41,418 nucleotides of DNA, taken from the NCBI GenBank assembly GCA_964621445.1, contig CAZUNO010000019.1:1-41418 (forward strand). Reading direction: 5' to 3'. The stretch's first letter is position 1, and every line of letters starts with the position of its first letter. The position numbers and the translations under genes are program-made. The notes below the pieces were generated by a model that saw only the letters and a list, made by a program, of their open reading frames with translations, searched no databases and was not told the DNA's origin. This DNA is from Candidatus Hadarchaeota archaeon (lineage in GTDB: Archaea; CAYQAE01; CAYVLA01). Shown one piece after another: positions 1 through 9,368 of the stretch.

Positions 1-18
1 TCTAACTGCCATTCAAGG

Positions 19-231
19 ATGGTTATTAAAGCGGAAAGGTTTGAGGACGCGGTCAATAGCTTGGCGGAGGTGATATCTAAACTTAGAGACAAGAACCAAA
101 GAATTGAGCTCGATGACCTGGCTAAACTGATGGGGAACGTTCTCAACACAACCGCTGGCACCAGGATGGGGCGTGCCAACGTAAGGCGCGTAAGGAGGGA
201 AATTCTGAGGCGTGCACGCACAAAGGTGTAA
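19..231 (+). CDS. small hypothetical protein, basic C-terminus
   Basis: 70-aa ORF with ATG start, followed by a T-run (238-243). No recognisable motif. Confidence 0.4.
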   Translation: MVIKAERFEDAVNSLAEVISKLRDKNQRIELDDLAKLMGNVLNTTAGTRMGRANVRRVRREILRRARTKV

Positions 232-334
232 ACACAATTTTTTGGCCGCTTGCCAGCAAAATCGGAAGTGACTATAAAATTCGAAAAAATTTTCTCTTTA
301 AAAAGCCAAAGGGGTGTCCATTCGCCACAGTGAG

Positions 335-433
335 TGGGCCCGCGGGGATTTGAACCCCGGACCTTTCCCTGATGGCCTCGAACCATCTTCCGGTTATCAG
401 CCGAACGCTCTAACCAAGCTGAGCCACGGGCCC
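335..433 (-). tRNA. tRNA-Ile(GAT) with a 24-nt non-canonical intron (best fit 43/44; intron 365-388)
   Basis: Reverse complement: GGGCCCG TG GCTC AGCTTGGTTA GAGC G TTCGG CTGATAA CCGGA [AGATGGTTCGAGGCCATCAGGGAA] AGGTC CGGGG TTCAAAT CCCCG CGGGCCC A. No encoded CCA. TTTTAT box at 465-460. Confidence 0.93.
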
Positions 434-555
434 TGAACCCGAATCTGGCGTGGCGTTCAATAAAAATATGTTGTGGACGCCCCGTTACATACCGTGGGCT
501 GCCTCTTAGGCAATACCTTTTAGCGTGGGCTCTGAATCAAAGGCACGGTGACTGC

Positions 556-1086
556 ATGAACGTGGAGGATATCAAGAAAGCCATCAGAACCATTCCGGAC
601 TTCCCGGAGGAGGGCGTCATGTTTCGGGACATTACAACCCTGGTCCAGGATTATGACGCCTTCAGGTACACCATAAAGAAGCTCGCCAGCATCTTTCTTG
701 ACAGCGATATCGACGTTGTGGTCGGAATAGAGTCCAGGGGCTTCATAATTGGGGCTCCACTGGCCCTTGAGCTGTGCGCGGGCTTTGTTCCCGCCCGAAA
801 GCCGGGGAAGTTGCCCTATGAAACGGTGAAGAAGGAGTACCAGACGGAGTATAGCCGGGACTCGGTGGAGATGCACAGGGACGCCATAAAACCCGGCCAG
901 AGGGTTCTCATGGTGGATGACCTGATCGCTACCGGCGGAACCATGAAGGCCTCCATAGAGCTGGTGGAGGAGTTAAAGGGAGACATAGTGGGCGTGGCGC
1001 TGGTTGTAGACCTCCCGGACCTTCATGGTAAGGAGAAGATTGATGACTACGACGTTATTACCCTGGTCGAATTCGAAGGCGACTAA
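556..1086 (+). CDS. apt: adenine phosphoribosyltransferase
   Basis: IPDFPEEGVMFRDITT, GIESRGF, ARKPGKLP and PRPP-binding MVDDLIATGGT motifs. GGTGA RBS. Confidence 0.95.
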   Translation: MNVEDIKKAIRTIPDFPEEGVMFRDITTLVQDYDAFRYTIKKLASIFLDSDIDVVVGIESRGFIIGAPLALELCAGFVPARKPGKLPYETVKKEYQTEYSRDSVEMHRDAIKPGQRVLMVDDLIATGGTMKASIELVEELKGDIVGVALVVDLPDLHGKEKIDDYDVITLVEFEGD

Positions 1087-1123
1087 CGTCAAGAATAAAA
1101 TTTACGGGATAAGGCCCCATCAC

Positions 1124-1771
1124 TCAGGACTTTTCGAAGAGCAGCCAGATCCCTAGGCCGGTTTCGGGATCGCTTGCCGGCAATCCTCCCTCCCCGACGA
1201 CCCGGAAATCTCGAAGACCGGCCTTCTTGGCCCACCGCCGAAATGTCCCCGGGCTGCGGTCATGTCGAAATTTCCGAAATTTCTCAGGGCCGCGTTTACG
1301 CTGTTCCTTTCTCTGACGCTTGATGAACATCTGCCGCGCCCATTTGGGGTACGAACTTCCGAGACCCCCTCCGATCATCGCCTTTCCACCCGCACTCAGG
1401 ACCCGATTGGCCTCCCGGATTCCGGCCGGCCGGTTCTCCCAGAAGAAGACAGAACCTCGGCTAACAACAAGGTCCACCGATCCCTCGGCGAATGGCAGAT
1501 ATTCAGCCCGCGCTAAAACCGCCAGCATACGTCCGCTATGTCTGGATTGGTGTGACTTGGACAAGGCACGTGAGAGGGCTTTGGGGCTGGGGTCAACGAG
1601 TATGAAGAGGCTTTTGGATATCCGGGCAAGGGCACGGGTCACCGGTCCGTCTCCGGAGCCAAGGTCCATCCACCTTCCATCTCTCGGGTTGCACATCTCG
1701 ACCACGTCACGCGCGACATGCCGGTAGTGGTCGGGCAACTCCTCCCTTGACCTCTTCATGTCCGGAACCAT
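1124..1771 (-). CDS. class I SAM-dependent methyltransferase
   Basis: MDLGSGDG motif I, AEYLPFAEGSVDLVVSRGSVFFW, RVLSAGG. Confidence 0.85.
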   Translation of the reverse strand: MVPDMKRSREELPDHYRHVARDVVEMCNPRDGRWMDLGSGDGPVTRALARISKSLFILVDPSPKALSRALSKSHQSRHSGRMLAVLARAEYLPFAEGSVDLVVSRGSVFFWENRPAGIREANRVLSAGGKAMIGGGLGSSYPKWARQMFIKRQRKEQRKRGPEKFRKFRHDRSPGTFRRWAKKAGLRDFRVVGEGGLPASDPETGLGIWLLFEKS

Positions 1772-1828
1772 CTTGAAGCTCTACTCCGATCTCTTGTGAC
1801 CTAACTCAGGTTAAATGGGTTTTCGCGA

Positions 1829-2437
1829 TCATACGGATTCGGATTCCCGGCACAGTTCATGTCCCTGCTGCCTCTCCTCCGGAGTCATGTTGGCGACCCA
1901 AAGCAGGTAGTCCATCTCCTCTTCGCCGACGCTGGACAACGTCGTGGCGAGGGTGACGTTCTGCGGGGTGTAACGCAGAGGGGGAGAGGTTCGACAGTCG
2001 AAGAGGATTACGTCCGGCTCCCGGACGGCTACGAAGACCCCTGATTGATGCGATATCTCCCGGTAGCCGGGCTCTTGCCCCTCCCTCCTCTCCCAGTGAA
2101 CCTTGACATACGGAGGGCTGTCCTCCTCGACGCCGATTATTACGTGGTGCTCGTCGTCCTGCAGGTTGACCATGACCCTCTCACCCAGTCTGACCCTATA
2201 CCTCCTAGTCCAGGTGGAGTCCCCGCAGGGCGAGGTGTCGTTGTAGACCACATCCAGGCCGCCGTTGCTGTAGGAGAGGGTCATATTGGAGCCTGCTATA
2301 TCCCGGGCTTCAGGAGGGGCATCGATCTCAACCTTCACCATACCCTCCAACGTGCCGCCGCTGGTCAACCTGTAGGCCAAGATGGCTCCACCCACGAGGC
2401 ATGCGCACAGGGTCACCAACAACAATCTGCGGCTCAT
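1829..2437 (-). CDS. hypothetical exported or membrane-anchored protein
   Basis: N-terminal RR plus hydrophobic segment. 4-nt overlap with the upstream ORF. Confidence 0.6.
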   Translation of the reverse strand: MSRRLLLVTLCACLVGGAILAYRLTSGGTLEGMVKVEIDAPPEARDIAGSNMTLSYSNGGLDVVYNDTSPCGDSTWTRRYRVRLGERVMVNLQDDEHHVIIGVEEDSPPYVKVHWERREGQEPGYREISHQSGVFVAVREPDVILFDCRTSPPLRYTPQNVTLATTLSSVGEEEMDYLLWVANMTPEERQQGHELCRESESV

Positions 2438-3045
2438 GGCGCCACCTCACAAATCTGGTCAGCTGGCAACTTTCCGCCGCCCTTAAGGTAGTTGGCGTAT
2501 CTTCGTCGTGATAGAAGCCACCCGGCTATGAACAGGGGAGGATAGATCAGCGCTCTAGAAGCATACTGAGGATAGGGAAATGTGTAGTCGAAGAGGATGG
2601 AGATCACTAGTCTGGGGACAAAGGCGAGCTCAACGATTACCGGTGAGAGCCAGATCATCCACTCGATGCCGCCAACTTTCCTATACGCATTCACTGTGGC
2701 GACTATAGCCAACATGCTTGCCAGCAGGCGGAAGGTCAGAAACGTATGGGGGGTGAAGGGATTGGTGATTAGAATGTAGAATGATGCCAGGGACAACATG
2801 ATGGCTCCACCTGAGGAGATATAGGGGGAGAGATGGATGGCCAAGAGGTTGCTGCGGTGCCAAAGATAGAGCGAGGCCAGAAGAAACAGCACAGTCACCC
2901 ATGGCCAGAGGAGATGTTCAAGCGAAGGGTCTTCGTAGCGGAGGCTGCTTTGCCAGATATAGAGTGATGCAAGAAGACACAGAATGGCTGCAACCACCCA
3001 GACGTACCGGGATCTCGATCTGTCCCAACCCAAGCCTAACCTCAA
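2434..3045 (-). CDS. hypothetical polytopic membrane protein (about 6 TM)
   Basis: Repeated hydrophobic stretches. TTG start. Confidence 0.6.
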   Translation of the reverse strand: MRLGLGWDRSRSRYVWVVAAILCLLASLYIWQSSLRYEDPSLEHLLWPWVTVLFLLASLYLWHRSNLLAIHLSPYISSGGAIMLSLASFYILITNPFTPHTFLTFRLLASMLAIVATVNAYRKVGGIEWMIWLSPVIVELAFVPRLVISILFDYTFPYPQYASRALIYPPLFIAGWLLSRRRYANYLKGGGKLPADQICEVAP

Positions 3046-3215
3046 GCGGTCTCATCTGATTGGAGAGTGCGGTTGTACGGCAGGTGCAGACGATCTCTCG
3101 CGGCTTCCCGTGTTCTAAGGATCATGGCGCCCCCTTGGCCATGGAGACAGCTTGGCGATTGTTGGGCATCCGGTCAATATAAACCTTCGTCGATTCTGGT
3201 CGCGTCCTACTCACC

Positions 3216-3770
3216 CTATGACTGGGGCTCCATGATCAGCCCCATGAAGGATATGGCACCCGATTGGTTGTCCCTGATAACCAGGAAGAACGGCCTATCC
3301 ACCTTATATGGAACTGTGCCTTGGGCCCGGCCCTCAGCGTGTTGACAACGGTTGTCGCTCCCGCAGCCTCCGTCCCTCTCTCTTTGACGTCGATGACCGC
3401 CCTCTGGTCGACGAAATCAATCCGGGTCTCGGTATCGCTCATCGCAGTGAAGTCTGCGCCCGGTTTGAAGACTATTTCCACGCCCAGGTTCCTCAATGCC
3501 TGGTTAAGCCTCTTGGCGAACTCCAATCGGAACCTGGGCAGCAACACCGTTCCCGTCAGCTCTTGGAAACCATCCATCCGTAGCTCACCCAAAACCAGTC
3601 GTCAATGAAATCGTCCATATCGCCGGGCAGCTAGATGTACATCCTCAGCCTTCCGGACTCGCCGTAGGGAAGTTCCACTGCCTCGTAGTCGGGGGTCTTC
3701 AGGTATCCGAACTCCTGGGCCTCCTCCAGCCCCATCATGGGGACCATCTTCTTGGAGCCGTCCGGAGTTC
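3216..3770 (-). pseudogene. serpin fragment (C-terminal half)
   Basis: Joined frames give KMVPMM...YEAVELPYG..LRMYI*LPG, then VLLPRFRLE...ADFTAMS...VKERGTEAAGAT (reactive-loop hinge), then KVDRPFFLVIRDNQSGAISFMGLIMEP. One in-frame stop, at least two frameshifts, N-terminal half absent. Confidence 0.88.
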
Positions 3771-3830
3771 TATAAGGAGCCGGATTTCGAGATATCATTT
3801 AAGAGAGAAAGAGACCCCGGTGTAACCGAT

Positions 3831-3954
3831 GGGCCGATAGCTCAGCCCGGTAGAGCACCGCCTTAGGGGCATCTGCCTCGGCGAACGCACGGCGGGGGCC
3901 GCGGGACGGGTCTGGAAATCCAGCCCCGCGCGAATTCAATTCCCGCTCGGTCCA
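3831..3954 (+). tRNA. tRNA-Ala(CGC) with two non-canonical introns (33/34: 3865-3885; 53/54: 3906-3934)
   Basis: Spliced: GGGCCGA TA GCTC AGCCCGGTA GAGC A CCGCC TT CGC AC GGCGG GGGCC GCGGG TTCAATT CCCGC TCGGTCC A. G3:U70 Ala identity pair. Both introns form BHB motifs. TTTAAG box at about 3798. Confidence 0.93.
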
Positions 3955-4003
3955 TCCCTTTTCCGGTGGAAGAAGTTATATTGGAAATTTCCCAGGCCAT
4001 AGC

Positions 4004-5206
4004 GTGGGCCGCTTAGCCATATGGGCTGCATTATCTATTTTCCTGATCCTCATATCAGTGATTAGCTGTCGCACCGATCGTGAAACCGGCCAGGTGAGGA
4101 TATTGTACATCGGGGAGGTGAACGCCAACGACGTCTACCGACTATGGCTACTGAGCGAGCCCCGTTTTTCAAGTAGCTATGTTCCCTGCGATGTTCAGAC
4201 CATGACCGTGAATGATGCCAAGAGGATGTGCCGCTTATATCTCCCCAGGACGGAGGAGGAGCTGTTCAGTAAGCACGACGCTGCCATTTTCAAGGACTTC
4301 ACGCCTGATGTACTGCCCCTGGAGACGATCGGATATTTCCAGAACTCCATCGAGAATGGACTTGGAATCGCGCTCATTGAATTCGTTTTCTGGGGAGGAA
4401 CCAACGATATTCCCAAGTGGCAGGCCCTTGATTTTTACCAGGTATTTCCTGCAAAGGTGGTCATTAACGATATCCCAGCAGCGGCCGGCAGGACCTATTA
4501 CCAGGTGATTAATGAGGACGGCCCCCTGGATCTCCCGGGCATAGAATCGGTGGCCATGAATGCTGGTCACCACGGAGATATGATTCCCAGACAGAACTCT
4601 ATAGTGGAGGCCAGGTGGAAGGGAAGAGGAACCCCGGCCATGGTCACCTCTAATTACGGCCAGGGAAACACCCTGCAGCTCGGTCACGGCTGGGACAACA
4701 TACCCAGCACCAGCCAATTAAATTACCGGTATATGATGGACTACATATTCAACCAGGTCTTTTACATCGCGGATCTTCCCTACCCCGAGGACCTCGAGAA
4801 GGTCCATACCATCAGGGATCTATTCGTCTCCTATAACACCCGCGAGAAGGCGACCATCGGGGTTCTGGAATTCGTCGAGACCTTCGGAGCGGACACCAGG
4901 GAAATCGAGCAGGACCTGGACCGGATCCAGGATCAATACGGGAATGCCGCCGTTGACTACAGATCATCCAGATACGATGAGGCACTGGAGACCCTAAGGG
5001 AAGTCATGAATGATCTCAGCAATCTGGATCAGAAGATGCTGGAGACCAAGGACCGGGCCTTGCTCTGGGTGTATTTCATTGAATGGGCAGGAGTGACCGG
5101 TACACTAATGGTGTGTGGTTTCCTTATCTGGAGTTTGATGGTAAAGAGAAGCCTTTACGCCGCCGTGGAAACCACGCGCATGGCCCAGGATGGAGAAAAA
5201 GGATAA
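4004..5206 (+). CDS. uncharacterised secreted, C-terminally anchored protein (possible GATase-like fold + coiled coil + TM); paralog of 25941-27184
   Basis: Signal peptide, helical FVETFGADT region, and C-terminal ALLWVYFIEW-TM-KR. TTATAT box about 25 nt upstream of the GTG, so probably leaderless. Confidence 0.8.
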   Translation: MGRLAIWAALSIFLILISVISCRTDRETGQVRILYIGEVNANDVYRLWLLSEPRFSSSYVPCDVQTMTVNDAKRMCRLYLPRTEEELFSKHDAAIFKDFTPDVLPLETIGYFQNSIENGLGIALIEFVFWGGTNDIPKWQALDFYQVFPAKVVINDIPAAAGRTYYQVINEDGPLDLPGIESVAMNAGHHGDMIPRQNSIVEARWKGRGTPAMVTSNYGQGNTLQLGHGWDNIPSTSQLNYRYMMDYIFNQVFYIADLPYPEDLEKVHTIRDLFVSYNTREKATIGVLEFVETFGADTREIEQDLDRIQDQYGNAAVDYRSSRYDEALETLREVMNDLSNLDQKMLETKDRALLWVYFIEWAGVTGTLMVCGFLIWSLMVKRSLYAAVETTRMAQDGEKG

Positions 5207-6322
5207 TCAGGTCTGGAGCCAGTTGGCCCTTCTGCCTATCTGAGCTATCTTCACGAAGAATGAACCGATGATGAGCCCGATTAGGGCCGTAAATACCAGT
5301 CCAGTCAGGTTCTCCTCGGGGCTTATTACAAAGTTAAATGCGTGACGTAGGACGCTGAGAAAGATTATGAGGGATGTTCCCAGTACCAGGTAATTCCACA
5401 TCCTAACGTCCTTCATGAAGTAGTCGTCTAGCATCTTTCCAAACACGGTCAATATGACCATGGTCATTATGAAGGGAAATGCGTGGATCGTATAGAGCTG
5501 TAGTACAAACTCCACCGTTAACTGCTCCGCATTCAGGGATTGATAGATGACCATTACGGCGGCCACGATTCCTAGGAGGATGGAGGTTAGATAGCTATAG
5601 AAGGTCAAACGCCCCTCGGACCCCGCCTGCTTCAGGTTAATGTAGATGGCCTTGGTGTATTCAACCAGGGTTGAAAGATGCTCGTCGAGGCCAAAACCAA
5701 CGATGAAGGCGTACCCCCCAAGAACGAGAAGGATGGCAACCGGTCCCACCCACCATTCCGCGTTATATATGCTGGCCAGTGCGAATATGACCAGGGCCAG
5801 CCCGGGAAGGCCAAGGAATATCCTGGCCCTATGGGGATCGGACGCGATCTCCGACAGGTAGCGGGTTATTATTAGGTAGGTCTCCTCCAATCCCTCGTCC
5901 TGCTTTACCACCACTCGCTCGGTGGCAACCAGATTTGCCTTCTCACGGATCAGGGGTATCACCTCCTCGTCCTCAAGACCATCGGAGACGAAGATGGTTT
6001 CATCGGGATCGACCTCCTCCAGAACTCCATCCAGCTGCCTGGATATCCTTATGTCGGACTCAACTCCCACCTCGTTATGACCGATCAGGGTCACTACCGT
6101 GGTCTGGATGTCCTCCCCGTCCTTCACCGATTTTTTCTCTATGGAGTCAGCTAGACCTACGGCTCGGAATATGGAGTTGATGTCGCTGTCCTCCGCATCG
6201 ACCAGGCCCAGCTGTGTCGCGGCCTTGACGTTTTCCTCTCTGCCTATGATGGGGCCCGCAACATGCGCCTTCTTTTCCAGGTCCCCGTCGCGGTCGACGC
6301 AGAGAACCATGATTTTCTTCAA
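5207..6322 (-). CDS. DUF373 family archaeal membrane protein (COG2237)
   Basis: VLCVDRDGDL..K...GPIIGRE, DAEDSDINSIF, FVSDGLEDE..IP, RVVVKQ, then TM segments. Confidence 0.88.
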   Translation of the reverse strand: MKKIMVLCVDRDGDLEKKAHVAGPIIGREENVKAATQLGLVDAEDSDINSIFRAVGLADSIEKKSVKDGEDIQTTVVTLIGHNEVGVESDIRISRQLDGVLEEVDPDETIFVSDGLEDEEVIPLIREKANLVATERVVVKQDEGLEETYLIITRYLSEIASDPHRARIFLGLPGLALVIFALASIYNAEWWVGPVAILLVLGGYAFIVGFGLDEHLSTLVEYTKAIYINLKQAGSEGRLTFYSYLTSILLGIVAAVMVIYQSLNAEQLTVEFVLQLYTIHAFPFIMTMVILTVFGKMLDDYFMKDVRMWNYLVLGTSLIIFLSVLRHAFNFVISPEENLTGLVFTALIGLIIGSFFVKIAQIGRRANWLQT

Positions 6323-6524
6323 GGAACTCCGCCAAACTGTTTATGGTTGTTCTGAAAATCTGATAAAGGTTTCTCAGGGTTTATCCTACCGATCGTGAGA
6401 AGGGCGGGACTGATCCTTTCATGGTCGCCGAGGCAAGACTTGTGTGAAGGAAATAATTTTATGACCGTCCGGACAGGGAGCGTCGGCGAGTTCTTTGCAG
6501 AAAAGAGTCTTTCCCACGGGCGGA

Positions 6525-7787
6525 ATGACCATTACCGAAAAGATCCTGGCCTATTCTTCCGGGGAGGAGAGGGTCGAGCCTGGCCAAATAGTGGAGTCGA
6601 GACTGGATCTACTGTTGGTCAATGATGTTACCGGGCCGTTGGCCATAGATCAGTTCGAGAGAATAGGTGTGGATAGCGTCTTCGATAAGCAGAGAATCGC
6701 TCTGGTCCAGGACCACTACGCACCCAACAAGGATATAAAGTCCGCCGAGCAGTGCAAGTCACTTCGGGAATTTTCCCACCGCATGGAAATCGAGAACTTC
6801 TGGGAGATTGGGAGGTGTGGAATCGAACACGTCCTGCTCCCCGAGAGCGGTCTGGTCCAGCCCGGGATGACCATAATTGGCGCCGATTCACATACCTGCA
6901 CCTACGGTGCATTTGGTGCCTTCTCCACGGGGGTGGGCTCCACCGAGGCAGCGGTGGGCATGGCCACAGGCAGGTGCTGGTTCAAGATTCCCGAATCCCA
7001 GCATCACCGGTTGGATGGTAAGTTGGGAAAAATGGTTACCAGCAAGGATGCCATACTGACCATCATTGGGGAAATCGGGGTTGACGGTGCCACCTACCAG
7101 GCCATGGAGTTCGCGGGTAGCGCGGTTGATGATATGACTCCCGACAGCAGGGCGACCATGTGTAACATGGCCATAGAGGCCGGTGCTAAGAATGGCATAG
7201 TTGCCCCCGATGATAGTACCAGGGATTATATCTCCGATGCGGTTGCAGATCCATATGAGTTTGAGAACCTATACAGCGATGACGGTTGCTCCTACCAGTC
7301 CCGGTACCAGCATGATGCGGGGGAGATGGAACCGGTGGTTTCAGCCCCGCCACTGCCATCAAACGTGATTCCGGCCCGGAAGGCAGAGGACGTCTCAATC
7401 GATCAGGCCTTCCTCGGGTCATGTACCAACGGAAAGCTAGAGGACCTGGCCTTAGCGGCCGATATATTGAGGGGGAGGAGCGTGGACCCCAAGGTTAGGA
7501 TGGTGGTGATACCGGCCACCTGGAAGATATACCGGCAGGCCATGGATGAGGGGTACATATCGACCTTCCTGGATGCCAAAGCCTGCGTCTCCTGTCCAAC
7601 CTGTGGTCCGTGTCTAGGGGGGCATATGGGTGTACTTGCGGAGGGAGAAACCTGCGTCAGCTCCACCAACAGGAATTTCGTGGGCAGGATGGGAAGTCCC
7701 AAGTCGGAGGTTTACCTGGCTTCACCGGCCACGGTCGCCGCAAGTGCCCTGACAGGCAGAATGACAGACCCGAGGACGATATCATGA
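6525..7787 (+). CDS. leuC: 3-isopropylmalate dehydratase / homoaconitase large subunit
   Basis: MTITEKIL, GADSHTCTYGA, GSCTNG, CGPCLGGH, SSTNRNFVGRMG. An alternative TTG start lies at 6495. Confidence 0.92.
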   Translation: MTITEKILAYSSGEERVEPGQIVESRLDLLLVNDVTGPLAIDQFERIGVDSVFDKQRIALVQDHYAPNKDIKSAEQCKSLREFSHRMEIENFWEIGRCGIEHVLLPESGLVQPGMTIIGADSHTCTYGAFGAFSTGVGSTEAAVGMATGRCWFKIPESQHHRLDGKLGKMVTSKDAILTIIGEIGVDGATYQAMEFAGSAVDDMTPDSRATMCNMAIEAGAKNGIVAPDDSTRDYISDAVADPYEFENLYSDDGCSYQSRYQHDAGEMEPVVSAPPLPSNVIPARKAEDVSIDQAFLGSCTNGKLEDLALAADILRGRSVDPKVRMVVIPATWKIYRQAMDEGYISTFLDAKACVSCPTCGPCLGGHMGVLAEGETCVSSTNRNFVGRMGSPKSEVYLASPATVAASALTGRMTDPRTIS

Positions 7788-8275
7788 TAGAGGGCAAAGC
7801 ACATATTTTTGGAGATGACGTTAACACCGATGTAATAATACCGGCTAGATATCTCAACACCTTCGACAGAGAGGAGTTGGGAAAGCACGCCATGGAGGGA
7901 ATCAATCCAGATTTCGTAAACAAAGTGGATAAGGGAGACGTGATTGTTGCCGGCGCCAACTTTGGATGTGGCTCCAGCCGGGAGCACGCACCGATAGCCA
8001 TAAAGGCCTCTGGCATATCAGCTATCCTGGCCACTAGCTTTGCTAGGATCTTCTTCCGTAATGCGATAAACGTGGGCCTACCCGCCCTGGTGTGCGAGGA
8101 GGCGGACTCGGTAAACGAAAACGATCGCGTACAGATAATTATGGATGAGGGGATCGTACAGAACCTTACAACCGGTGAAACGCTGAGTTTCCAGCCTCTG
8201 CCGGAATTCCTTTTGGAGATACTCAATGATGGCGGTCTACTGGCCCACACCAAGAAGGTAATGGGAGGAAAATAG
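7784..8275 (+). CDS. leuD: 3-isopropylmalate dehydratase small subunit
   Basis: FGDDVNTDVIIPARYL, NFGCGSSREHA, SFARIFFRNAINVGLP. ATGA overlap with leuC. Confidence 0.92.
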   Translation: MIEGKAHIFGDDVNTDVIIPARYLNTFDREELGKHAMEGINPDFVNKVDKGDVIVAGANFGCGSSREHAPIAIKASGISAILATSFARIFFRNAINVGLPALVCEEADSVNENDRVQIIMDEGIVQNLTTGETLSFQPLPEFLLEILNDGGLLAHTKKVMGGK

Positions 8276-8276
8276 A

Positions 8277-9368
8277 ATGTACAAGATTGCAGTTGTCAGG
8301 GGCGACGGCATAGGACCGGAGATAATTCGGGAAGGAATCAAGATCCTGGAAGTGGTCTCGGAGGTAAGGGGTATTGACTTTGATTTTATCGACGTGGATG
8401 TGGGGGGTGAGACCTATCTCCAAAGTGGGGAGGTCGTTCCCGACTGGTCTAGGGATCAGCTGGAGGACTCCGATGCGATATATTTCGGGGCGGTTGGCCT
8501 GGACCCTGAGAGACTGGAACCTGGAATCGCCGAACAGGCAATATTCGAGATCAGGTTCAGGTACGACCAATACGTGAATCTACGCCCGACCAAGCTCTAT
8601 CCGGGATTGGAGAGTTTCATACCCATCAAGGAGGAAATTGCCCGAAAGGGCGTAAACATGCTCATCGTCAGGGAGAACACGGAGGGCCTTTACTGCCGTC
8701 AGGGAGGAGTCCTAAGGGGCGAGACGCCTGAAGGGGGCGACGTGGCCACCAATCTCATGGTATACACCAGAAAGGGTGTGGAGAGGATTGTTGAATATGC
8801 ATTTGAGCTTGCCGAGCGCAGGGAAAGATCAAGGGTAACCAATGTGGATAAATCCAATGTGCTAGTTTGTAGCAAGTTCTGGACATCCATATTCAAGAAA
8901 TTGGCCAAGGACCATCCCAAAATCGAGACCGATCACGCCTATGTAGACGCCTTCACACAATGGGCAATCCGGGACCCCTCGTGGTATCAGGTGGTGGTGA
9001 CCGAGAACATGTTTGGCGACATTATCTCCGACCTGGTAGCTCCCCTCTCGGGCAGCTTGGGGATGATGCCGGGGGGGAACATCAACCCGGTTGGAAAATC
9101 AATGTTTGAGCCAATCCATGGCTCGGCTCCACGTCACGCTGGTAAGAATGTGGTGAATCCGATAGCCACCATTCTTGCAGCGAAGATGATGCTGGAGGAG
9201 TCATTCCAGGAACTGGAAGCCGCTAATCTTATAGAGAAAGCCGTGATGTCCGTGATAAGCGAGGGAAAGGTCAGGACCTATGACATAAGCGATCGAGAGG
9301 CGGGGGAAGCTGCAAGCACCTCCCAGATGGGAGACGCCATATGTGAAAAGATACGAAGCCTATCCTAG
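8277..9368 (+). CDS. leuB: 3-isopropylmalate (beta-decarboxylating) dehydrogenase
   Basis: [40 protein letters not shown] motifs. In operon with leuCD. Confidence 0.88.
   Translation: MYKIAVVRGDGIGPEIIREGIKILEVVSEVRGIDFDFIDVDVGGETYLQSGEVVPDWSRDQLEDSDAIYFGAVGLDPERLEPGIAEQAIFEIRFRYDQYVNLRPTKLYPGLESFIPIKEEIARKGVNMLIVRENTEGLYCRQGGVLRGETPEGGDVATNLMVYTRKGVERIVEYAFELAERRERSRVTNVDKSNVLVCSKFWTSIFKKLAKDHPKIETDHAYVDAFTQWAIRDPSWYQVVVTENMFGDIISDLVAPLSGSLGMMPGGNINPVGKSMFEPIHGSAPRHAGKNVVNPIATILAAKMMLEESFQELEAANLIEKAVMSVISEGKVRTYDISDREAGEAASTSQMGDAICEKIRSLS

Noticed and set aside
6516-6527. ACG GGC GGA ATG as another ACG start for leuC
   Set aside because: In-frame ATG (6525) and TTG (6495) are both available, so no non-canonical start is needed.
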